Assembly (NCBI GenBank): GCA_050950765.1
Contig: JBMNIF010000003.1
Coordinates: forward strand, 352,001 to 416,000
Length of the DNA: 64,000 nucleotides
Source: Bdellovibrionota bacterium
GTDB taxonomy: Bacteria > Bdellovibrionota_C > UBA2361 > JAAYZI01
Direction: 5' to 3'
Below are positions 22,164 through 30,398 of this stretch, one piece after another. The notes beneath the pieces are model-generated. The model was not told the origin of the DNA and did not search any database. It saw only the letters and a list, made by a program, of their open reading frames with translations. Numbering within the stretch: the stretch's first letter is position 1; each line of letters opens with the position of its first letter. A program made the position numbers and the translations under genes.

Positions 22164-22894
22164 CAGAAAAGAAAATTCAAATAGAGAAAAAGATCCTCTC
22201 ACTACAAGATCTTTATTGTGGCTACGGAACGCGTCCCGTATTAAAAGGGATCAATTTTATAGTTCACAAAGGTGAAAGTGTCCTACTAGCTGGACCTAAC
22301 GGTTGCGGAAAATCTACTTTGTTAAAAGCGATCGCTGGTGTAGTTCCTCTCTCTTCCGGAACAATTTCGTTTAACGGTGCTGTGCTTGATCACAATTCCA
22401 TCGAAGAGCGAATTAATTCTGGAATCGGTTATCTGCGACAGACAGGCAATATCTTCCCCAGTCAGACAGTAAGCGAAAATCTACGCCTTTCTGGCTTGAC
22501 TCTAACAACTAAGGAATTTAGCTCCGCACTGGAACGAGTTTTAGCTCTTTTTGATTTTTTGCGGAACCGCTTGGAAGACCGCGCGGGAACATTATCTGGT
22601 GGTCAACGTCAAGCTCTTGCGATTGCGATGGTCTTACTACATAAGCGTAAGTTGTATCTCTTCGACGAGCCGACCGCTGGCTTAGCTCCAAAAGCGGCAA
22701 GGGACATCATTGAAAGGATTCGCCGCTTCTCTAAAGAAGATTCTGAACAATCCGTAGTGATTGTAGAGCACCGTCTTGAGCTCTTGGATTGGGTTGATCG
22801 TGCCGTTATATTGCTTCAAGGCGAGGTCAAAGTTGAAAGCGAGGATGCTAGTCAATTTTTAAATCCTGAATGGCTGGCTAAACACTACTTTTAA
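22160..22894 (+). CDS. livF: Liv-type ABC ATPase, cassette 2
   Basis: GPNGCGKST, AGTLSGGQRQ, FDEPTAGLAP. Confidence 0.87.
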   Translation: MTEKKIQIEKKILSLQDLYCGYGTRPVLKGINFIVHKGESVLLAGPNGCGKSTLLKAIAGVVPLSSGTISFNGAVLDHNSIEERINSGIGYLRQTGNIFPSQTVSENLRLSGLTLTTKEFSSALERVLALFDFLRNRLEDRAGTLSGGQRQALAIAMVLLHKRKLYLFDEPTAGLAPKAARDIIERIRRFSKEDSEQSVVIVEHRLELLDWVDRAVILLQGEVKVESEDASQFLNPEWLAKHYF

Positions 22895-23444
22895 ACACAC
22901 TACCTTTAAAGGAAGCAGCTAAGCATTCTCTAACTACCGTGCTATCTATCGTGTCGGTGCGCTTACCCCCTAACTTTCCTGACTTCCGAGTGTGGACACC
23001 TTTTTTTAGGATAAATTTTCAAATAATCTTAACAAATTTTTTAATTTTGAGTTAAAAAAGAATTTAAAAATTCCTATTTACAACATCACCTCAACACCTC
23101 TACTTGTCCTAGTTGTCTTTCTCTTTTTCGCAATCTCCGTAACAGTGTATTTTAAAAGGTACCTTCCCCCCTAGACGCTTAAAAAAAGTGGGGTGCTACT
23201 GGAGGAGAATCTAGTGAGGCGTTTTATCTAGAAATTTTTAATTTATGTAGAAAAGGTAAAGATATCCATAAAACGCTTAGAAAGATCTCGCCCTTTAAAG
23301 CTATCATACTGAATCTGTTATAATTTTTTTACATAAAAAATGAAGCATTTTATAAGTTAGAGCCGATATGAGTTTTGTAAGATAAGGGCTTGGGTAGAAG
23401 TGTTTTGTGAAGGATTTTAAATGTATTCATTCACACGTCCATTT

Positions 23445-23630
23445 CAGGGATCTCCTGTTTTTTCATAAAGAGACCTTTTTACTGATGAGCCATCTCTGTT
23501 TAGTTTTTTAACTTGATAGAGATGGCTCATCGGTTGGTTATATCTGAAGTTCAGGTGTAGCCGGTGGTCATCTCGGCAAAACCGAGAACAATCAAAACAT
23601 TACTTTTCGGCAATGCCGAGAAAAGGAAGT
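23445..23630 (+). promoter_or_regulatory. Multi-hairpin structured 5' leader
   Basis: Consecutive stems at 23481-23534, 23536-23562 (several G-U pairs), 23571-23587 and about 23603-23626, the last overlapping the RBS. Confidence 0.55.
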
Positions 23631-23634
23631 TATC

Positions 23635-24024
23635 ATGGCGAAAATCAAGAAAAGAACGTTCGCAATTATTGTCCCTAAAAATCGGAGAGAGTTCCGTGAA
23701 GAGCGAGGTCTCAACGAGGTCTGCGAAAGTGAGGTTTTGGAAGCGTTCAGAGGTTTTTTGGCAAAATATAACATCCAAGACGTTTTTTGTAACATCGAAA
23801 TGGGTGACTGGCAAGGAAAGACGGCGGAGGAAAGGGACCACCAACTGAGTGGTTCGCTTGAAAACGTTACAACTAGGAAAGGGTATAAGCTTGTCAACGC
23901 ACTGGCAAGGCACATCTACAACGAACTGGATACCGACTGTGTCGATGTTCATTATAAGGTGAACTCGTATGAGGACGGCGTCTGGTCTATTAACCAACAA
24001 GGTCGAAAAAGAGAAGGGGAGTAG
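23635..24024 (+). CDS. Hypothetical 129-aa protein, possibly SAM-lyase/PII-like fold
   Basis: AAGGAAG RBS; beta-alpha-beta-beta-alpha-beta pattern with GDWQG...EE and LARHIYNELDTDCVDV. Confidence 0.7.
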   Translation: MAKIKKRTFAIIVPKNRREFREERGLNEVCESEVLEAFRGFLAKYNIQDVFCNIEMGDWQGKTAEERDHQLSGSLENVTTRKGYKLVNALARHIYNELDTDCVDVHYKVNSYEDGVWSINQQGRKREGE

Positions 24025-24029
24025 AAATT

Positions 24030-24220
24030 GGAGGAATAGATTGGTAACAACCTAATCCATCCGAACCGCCCCGAGGCCTTAAAGGGTTCTTCTGAATACC
24101 TTAAGACCTCGGTCGCCTGATGGAAATGAGTGAATACAAGACCGAAACGAAGGCCCAAGAGGTTTTTAATCTCAAAGGTTTCCCGCCAAGCTCTTGTCTT
24201 CACCCCTTTTTTATTCTTTT
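24030..24220 (+). terminator. Structured 3' region ending in a terminator-like T tract
   Basis: Long stem CCGAGGCCTTAA...TTAAGACCTCGG (24071-24112) and GTGAATACAAGA...TCTTGTCTTCAC followed by TTTTTTATTCTTTT. Confidence 0.5.
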
Positions 24221-24461
24221 ATTAAATTTAATTTAACAAGCTCTATCTCTATAAATCTTACTTCTTATACAATACCAACACACCTTTTAACGCCTTAATA
24301 CTTTTAAGAGTTTTTTAAGAGTTGCACCAAGAAAAATATCTACCCTCTGCCGATACTACTTCATCTTTACTTCTTAATAACAACATCAAAAAACCTTAAT
24401 AACTTTTAAAGCTAAAATAAAAACACACCAATAAAAAAAGCCTCCTCCTTCCCCTTATCCT

Positions 24462-25334
24462 TTACTTAACATGCTCTCTGGCGTGATATGAACTTCTAAC
24501 AAAGGGGGCGGACTCAACAAAGAGAAAGCCTCGTTTTAATCCTTCCTGTTTATACTCCTCGAAGTGTTGCGGTGTTATGTATTCCTTTACCGGTAGCTGC
24601 TGATCTGATGGACGTAGGTATTGACCGATAGTCATTATATCGACTTCAACGTCTCTTAAATCATCCATCAGAGATAAGACCTCCTCCTTAGTCTCTGAAA
24701 GCCCCACCATAATTCCAGACTTTGTACGGAGATTAGGGTTAATCTCTTTTGCCCACCGTAAAATATTAAGAGATCTCTGATAATCGCCTTGCGGTCTAAC
24801 ACGGGGATAAAGCCGCTTAACCGTTTCAAGATTGTGATTCAATATATTAATTCCCGCCTCTAAGATAGTAGTCAGATCTACTTTACTCCCTAACAGATCT
24901 GAAATAAGTAGCTCAACGGTACAACTCGGTGCCTCTTTATGAATAGCACGCACAGTCTTAGCGTAGTGTTCAGCACCACCATCCGGCAAATCATCACGTG
25001 TGACCGAAGTAATAACGGCGTGTTTTAAACCCAGCTGCTTAACAGCTTCTCCAACCTTTTGCGGCTCAGTAGCATCAGGTAAAGGTAGCGTTTGCCCTAA
25101 GGCGTGTTTTACTGCACAGAAAGAACAGGCACGGGTACAAGTTTCGCCAAGAATTAAAAACGTTGCAGTTCTCGATCCCCAACACTCCCCTATATTCGGA
25201 CAACGCGCCTCCTTACAAACTGTATGCAGCTTTAAGGAATCAACTAATTTCTGCACTTCGATATAATCGTGTGAACCTGGAGCTTGAACTTTTAACCACT
25301 TCGGTTTTCGTAACGGTACTGAAGAACTATCCAT
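24462..25334 (-). CDS. lipA: Lipoyl synthase
   Basis: TVCKEARCPNIGECW, CTRACSFC, TSVTRDDL, HNLETV, VRSSYHA. Confidence 0.97.
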   Translation of the reverse strand: MDSSSVPLRKPKWLKVQAPGSHDYIEVQKLVDSLKLHTVCKEARCPNIGECWGSRTATFLILGETCTRACSFCAVKHALGQTLPLPDATEPQKVGEAVKQLGLKHAVITSVTRDDLPDGGAEHYAKTVRAIHKEAPSCTVELLISDLLGSKVDLTTILEAGINILNHNLETVKRLYPRVRPQGDYQRSLNILRWAKEINPNLRTKSGIMVGLSETKEEVLSLMDDLRDVEVDIMTIGQYLRPSDQQLPVKEYITPQHFEEYKQEGLKRGFLFVESAPFVRSSYHAREHVK

Positions 25335-26290
25335 TATTTTTTTCCTACTTTAAATATACGAGAGATGGCGAAGGTGAGTTTCTCTTTAAACGTATCTTTT
25401 TGCAATTTTTCACTATCAAGCGTGCTATGCGAGGGTGCGGCCTCCGCAGAATCTTCAAATTTCTCCCCTACTTTAAGCATCATCTGAGTAATGCGAGAAA
25501 AGAGCTCTTGACGGGGTGGTTGCAAAGTTTTCGGAACGAACTTCTCCGGCATTTTAAATGGCGTAGGTCTACAACCATCACAATAACCACCACCGTTAGA
25601 TCCGTACTGAGTTTTTTTACCACAGGCACGACACTGCGTTAAAAAGTGCTTCACCTCCGGCTTGGCATTGATGATAAGGATAGCTGCAATTGTAAAATAT
25701 CCGATAAAACTTCTTTGAGAGATGAGCCCCATTAAACACAATACGGCAGATCCGATTGAAAGGATCTTCGGTATCACGATCCGTGCCATACAGATAAGTT
25801 GAATCTGCTCTAAACTTAAATTCGTTGTTGTCGTTATTCCTTTATCAGAAGTGTCACGTTTAATCATCATATCATAGATCTGCCAAGCGATAACGAGATA
25901 ACCGACAAATTGAAATAGCGCGACAGTATATGTTTTTTGTCGGTAATACACCTGATAAAGCGGCATAATAATTGAGACGATAAAGACCACTATTATCAAA
26001 ACATACCCAACTTTTTTGCGGTACTTTGCAAAAAAGAGATTGATCTCTTTTGTCCACAAAATACTCTTTAAAACCAAATCATGATTAGCTGTGAAAAGAG
26101 CTACTAACAGTAGCGGAAGTAAGAAAAGATACCCTCTCCCACCGTTCTCAACCTGCTCTGCTGAAAAAGAGAGGCAGAGTAGATCAAGAGGAAGGGTATA
26201 AAAGAATATTACCCATAGTAACGCAATCGGACGAAGAAGCTTTTCCGTTTTTTGCAGTTGTGGATCTTTTACTATTTCAGGAGTTGGCAT
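25334..26290 (-). CDS. Hypothetical multi-TM membrane protein with a CxxC...CxxC motif
   Basis: About 6 hydrophobic segments, then CRAC...CDGC; stop overlaps the lipA start. Confidence 0.7.
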   Translation of the reverse strand: MPTPEIVKDPQLQKTEKLLRPIALLWVIFFYTLPLDLLCLSFSAEQVENGGRGYLFLLPLLLVALFTANHDLVLKSILWTKEINLFFAKYRKKVGYVLIIVVFIVSIIMPLYQVYYRQKTYTVALFQFVGYLVIAWQIYDMMIKRDTSDKGITTTTNLSLEQIQLICMARIVIPKILSIGSAVLCLMGLISQRSFIGYFTIAAILIINAKPEVKHFLTQCRACGKKTQYGSNGGGYCDGCRPTPFKMPEKFVPKTLQPPRQELFSRITQMMLKVGEKFEDSAEAAPSHSTLDSEKLQKDTFKEKLTFAISRIFKVGKK

Positions 26291-26423
26291 CTGTTCCCTT
26301 TTTTACAATTCTGGCACTATCAATCAACTGATATTTAAAGTTAATATCACACAACTTGAATCGACTGAATGACATAAAATATGTTAATACAAACAATCTC
26401 TTTTCTAAACATTTAGAGTTATT

Positions 26424-27758
26424 ATGGATTTAAATAAAAACGAGAGATATCTGAGTGTTACTCAATTAAGTCAGATCTTAAATCAAGTTCTGGAAGAGGA
26501 TCTGGGGGAGGTTACCTTTCAAGGTGAGATCTCGGAGTTTACCTGTGCACAAAGTGGGCACTGCTATTTTACGATCAAAGACCAACAAAGCCAGTTAAGC
26601 GCCGTTATGTGGCGTTCAGTATCTTCTCGTTTGAAGTTTCATCCTAAATGTGGCGATCTGGTAGTCTGCACAGGTATTTTTAACGTTTATAACAAGACAG
26701 GACGTATACAAGTTATCTTGCAACGCATGGTGCCAGCTGGCGAAGGTGAACTTAAACAGAAGTTTGAAGAATTAAAACTTAAACTGGAACGAGAAGGGCT
26801 TTTTGCGCAGGAAAGAAAACGCCCCATTCCGTTCTTCCCGAAAGGTGTCGGAGTTGTAACTTCAAAAAGTGGTGCCGTCATCCACGATATCATGACAAAA
26901 ATACATGAGCGCCTACCGAATATGCAGGTCTATCTGGTAGATGCACGGGTACAGGGAGAGGGTGCCGCACAAGAGATCGCGCGAGGCGTGGAGCTACTGA
27001 ATAGATCTAACCTCGTTGATGTGATTATTGTAGCGCGTGGCGGCGGGTCTCTCGAAGATCTCTGGGCGTTCAATGAAGAGCCACTTGTTAGAGCTGTTTT
27101 TGCCTCACGTATACCAGTTATCTCAGGGGTGGGACATGAAGTTGATTTTTCGCTCTGTGATATGGCGGCCGATCTACGCGCACCAACTCCAACAGCAGCA
27201 GCTGAGATGGCGGTGCCGAAAAAAGTTGACCTGCTGCAAGACCTTTCTGAAATTCAAAAACAACTACTTAATTACGATCGTTGGCTGCAACCACTAAACC
27301 AGAACCTTGATGAGGTCTCTTCTCGTTTTAATCAGCACCTATCAATAACGATGCGAGAGGCTGAGATGAACTTAACTACCCTTAAAGTACGCATTAACGC
27401 CCTGCATCCACACCATATTATTAAGAACAACGATCTGCGCCTACAAACGTTAGCGCACGAGCTGCAAGCGCTAATAAAGAAAAAGATCTTACACTGTGAA
27501 CGTGAAGTGAATCATTTCAATACTCGTTGGAGTGCAATAGATCCGCAACTTAAGATTAATTTAGAAGTTGCCAAGCTCTCAGGGATGGTGGCACGCTTAA
27601 AAAATCTTGCGCCGCAACGAGTCTTACAACGTGGTTACGCCTTAGTTGAAAGTGAACACGGTATTGTGCGAGATTCAAAATCGTTAGCAGTAGGGGATAA
27701 ATTAAAGATAACTGTTGCACAAGGAAAGATCGCTGCAACTGTTAACGGTGAATATTAA
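26424..27758 (+). CDS. xseA: Exodeoxyribonuclease VII large subunit
   Basis: SGHCYFTIKD, ARGGGSLEDLWAFNEE, SGVGHEVD, APTPTAAAE. Confidence 0.97.
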   Translation: MDLNKNERYLSVTQLSQILNQVLEEDLGEVTFQGEISEFTCAQSGHCYFTIKDQQSQLSAVMWRSVSSRLKFHPKCGDLVVCTGIFNVYNKTGRIQVILQRMVPAGEGELKQKFEELKLKLEREGLFAQERKRPIPFFPKGVGVVTSKSGAVIHDIMTKIHERLPNMQVYLVDARVQGEGAAQEIARGVELLNRSNLVDVIIVARGGGSLEDLWAFNEEPLVRAVFASRIPVISGVGHEVDFSLCDMAADLRAPTPTAAAEMAVPKKVDLLQDLSEIQKQLLNYDRWLQPLNQNLDEVSSRFNQHLSITMREAEMNLTTLKVRINALHPHHIIKNNDLRLQTLAHELQALIKKKILHCEREVNHFNTRWSAIDPQLKINLEVAKLSGMVARLKNLAPQRVLQRGYALVESEHGIVRDSKSLAVGDKLKITVAQGKIAATVNGEY

Positions 27759-27788
27759 AACTGAATATTTAAAATAGATGAGGTAAGG

Positions 27789-28076
27789 ATGGCAGGAAAA
27801 AAACAGAGTGGAAAAATGACACTTCAAAATCTATTAGATGCTAAAGATTTTGAAGCTCAGATTAAACAATTAAATTATGAAGACGGTTTAGCTTTAGTGG
27901 AAGCTCTCTTAAATAGTGTAGAGTCAGGCGAGCTGGCACTAGAGCAATCTATAACTTCATACGAAAAAGGGATGGCGTTAGTTAAGCACTTACGTGGACT
28001 TCTAGCAGGAGCTGAGGAAAGGCTAAAAGTCCTAAAAGACTCTGAAGATGGGATAAAAATAGAAGACTTCGAATAA
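27789..28076 (+). CDS. xseB: Exodeoxyribonuclease VII small subunit
   Basis: YEDGL...ESGELALEQSITSYEKG...AEERL; follows xseA. Confidence 0.9.
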   Translation: MAGKKQSGKMTLQNLLDAKDFEAQIKQLNYEDGLALVEALLNSVESGELALEQSITSYEKGMALVKHLRGLLAGAEERLKVLKDSEDGIKIEDFE

Positions 28077-28117
28077 GCAAAAAAGGTAAGGAGAGTGTGA
28101 GAAAGGTAGCAACTCTC

Positions 28118-30388
28118 TTATCTACGTCTTAACTTAAAAGGTCCTCGACGTGGAGGTGGCGCATCTTTTTCACTGCCCTCTCCACCTTCTTTGTTATCCT
28201 TAACATTTTTTTTCTTTGGATCGCCTTCTTCATCTTTTGGCTTAGCTGTAAGTGGTGCCGTAAACATCTGAACCCGTCCTCGAATTTTTCCCTTGCTCTT
28301 TGCACTTATCTTAAATGGAGCATCCGAAGCTTCGTCTACTTTAGTTGCACCGTTTTCAGTAACGGATGACGCTTCACCTTGCTGCGCAGAGCCATCTTGT
28401 TGAACTTCATTTTTAGCAACACCCGTCGAACGGGGCGCTTTCAAAGAGGTTAATTTTTGAGCTTCTTTTAAGAGATTTTTTCCTTTGGCGGCAGGTGTTG
28501 TCTCTGCCTGCGCTGCCGCCTGTTGCGCCACTTTACGCACGGCATCTCCACTCCTTGCGGCCTCTGCATCTCCCTGCCTTACTATCTGCTCATCAACCCA
28601 ATCACCCAATCCGATCTCATCACGTTCAAACTTCTCAAGCCGCACTAAATGTTCTCTTCCTTCCCACTTTTCAGGTAGCACAGCGTTAAACCAACTACAC
28701 CGTCCCTTTACAATACGTCCGTCACCGAGATCGAACCACGCCAAGCCCTTCTCCGCTGACATCTCATGTTTTAACTCTTCAGGACTGACAAAATAATCCT
28801 CAGCTTCTAACATCCCGATCGATTGTGACTCTCCACCCATAGCGCGAGCATCCAGATCGATAGCACCACGCACTACATTTCCTGTCTTACTCCGTGTCAC
28901 ACCGGTACTAAGTGAAGTCTTCGTAACAGAGACTTTACCGAACCATTCTGCCATATCCTCAGCCGTACGATTATCTCCGATACGCATCATGACCTTTAAA
29001 TTTACATTAGCCATAACACGTTCATAAAACGACTCACTTAATCCGATCGCTCTATCCGTCAAACCTCCCGTAGACTGCGCTCCAAATAAGAGAGCAAAAC
29101 GTCCTTTTCTTGCCAGTTCAAAAAGGTTCGCCCACGTCGGTCCAAAAGTTGAAGAGCCCTCATCAACTATCACCAGATGCGGATCTTCCAAATTAAGAGA
29201 CCTTGAAGAGGTGATCTCTCCGATTGAGACCTCCAGATCTTCACGAAAAAGCTTCACCATTCTCGCCGCCGACTCTGCTTCCTCTAACCTCGGCAACATA
29301 AAATAGATTATCTTTCCCCGTAAAATAGCATCAGTCAGCACTAAATCTGTATACTTCGTGCAAAAGATAGCGCCCATATTACTTCCGGAGATGGCGTGTA
29401 GCTCTGAAGAGATACCCCTTAAATTATCAGTCAACTTCGTCGTATCCATACCTCCGCGCTTATCTCTATAACTGGAAGCTAAATGTCCCAACTCTACTAA
29501 CGCCTGTCTGGCACCTATCTGTTGAAGAAGCCTCCTTAAATGTGGATATGACAAACTGAAATCTGAAAGTGCCACAGCAACATCATGAATAGACCATGCT
29601 AAACCGAAACTCTCCATCGCCCTAACCATACGATAGATAGAATCTGCTGCTAAACGATCATAGTGCTTCGTTGAACTCTGATCTGAAGTTGGCGGCAACC
29701 CCGCACGCAATACCTTACGCGCCTTTACATCAGCTCGTTGATCCGTCAAGACAAAGTTATACGAGTGCACACAATCAAAGGGATCAACCACTACTAGATC
29801 TTCGATCCTCCCCGTTATAAGCGCCATTAAGATAATCTGCGCCAACGTTCCCGAATCTCGTTTTGCATCAATAAATGTACAACCACTAGCACGACCGCGC
29901 GCCATCTGTTGAAAGATAAAAGACTCCAACCATAAAGTTTTACCAACACCTGTTTTAGCAAAAACACAGGCGTGACTACACAAATCCTCCTCATCAATCC
30001 AAAGCGGCTCCCCCGTTTCCAAATTAAAGCCAACAAGATACTTATCAATCATCTTCTTACCACGCGCTTGGGCACTCTCTATACATTTCGCTATGGCATC
30101 ACGTTGCGGTGCCATCCCCAGAACTTTTTTACCACCACGTTTTTTGGATTCCTGCGCTCTTTCATATTCAATCTTAATGTACTTGGTAAGAACCTCTACT
30201 AAACGTGCTAAAAAACAAACCGGCGCAAGCCCTACTATAAAAAGGATCCCCGTCGGCACTCCTGAAAAAAGAGGTGACATCACTAAAATTATGACGATTC
30301 CGAAAGCAAGCAAAAGTGATTTTAAAGCACTCATGCACTCTTCACGCCGCATCGTGCTAAAATCAATATTTTGATATTTTCGCGCCAT
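28118..30388 (-). CDS. Type IV secretion coupling protein (TraD/VirD4/DotL-like ATPase)
   Basis: Two N-terminal TM helices, Walker A AKTGVGKT, FIDAKRD, Walker B IVDE, ARKGRFALLFGAQS, NVNLKVMMRIGDNRTAE, long charged C-terminal tail. Confidence 0.85.
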   Translation of the reverse strand: MARKYQNIDFSTMRREECMSALKSLLLAFGIVIILVMSPLFSGVPTGILFIVGLAPVCFLARLVEVLTKYIKIEYERAQESKKRGGKKVLGMAPQRDAIAKCIESAQARGKKMIDKYLVGFNLETGEPLWIDEEDLCSHACVFAKTGVGKTLWLESFIFQQMARGRASGCTFIDAKRDSGTLAQIILMALITGRIEDLVVVDPFDCVHSYNFVLTDQRADVKARKVLRAGLPPTSDQSSTKHYDRLAADSIYRMVRAMESFGLAWSIHDVAVALSDFSLSYPHLRRLLQQIGARQALVELGHLASSYRDKRGGMDTTKLTDNLRGISSELHAISGSNMGAIFCTKYTDLVLTDAILRGKIIYFMLPRLEEAESAARMVKLFREDLEVSIGEITSSRSLNLEDPHLVIVDEGSSTFGPTWANLFELARKGRFALLFGAQSTGGLTDRAIGLSESFYERVMANVNLKVMMRIGDNRTAEDMAEWFGKVSVTKTSLSTGVTRSKTGNVVRGAIDLDARAMGGESQSIGMLEAEDYFVSPEELKHEMSAEKGLAWFDLGDGRIVKGRCSWFNAVLPEKWEGREHLVRLEKFERDEIGLGDWVDEQIVRQGDAEAARSGDAVRKVAQQAAAQAETTPAAKGKNLLKEAQKLTSLKAPRSTGVAKNEVQQDGSAQQGEASSVTENGATKVDEASDAPFKISAKSKGKIRGRVQMFTAPLTAKPKDEEGDPKKKNVKDNKEGGEGSEKDAPPPRRGPFKLRRR

Positions 30389-30398
30389 CTAATGATCC

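Noticed and set aside
23341..23369. Sigma-28 promoter (GCCGATAT) upstream of the structured leader
   Set aside because: The -10-like box is present, but there is no TAAA-type -35 at the expected spacing.
23481..23534. Hammerhead ribozyme (CTGATGA followed by a stem)
   Set aside because: CTGATGA is itself base-paired, and the required GAAA does not follow the stem.
23635..24024. ssRNA-phage coat protein (129 aa, structured RNA)
   Set aside because: The secondary-structure pattern alternates alpha/beta rather than sheet-then-helices, and there is no maturation or replicase gene.
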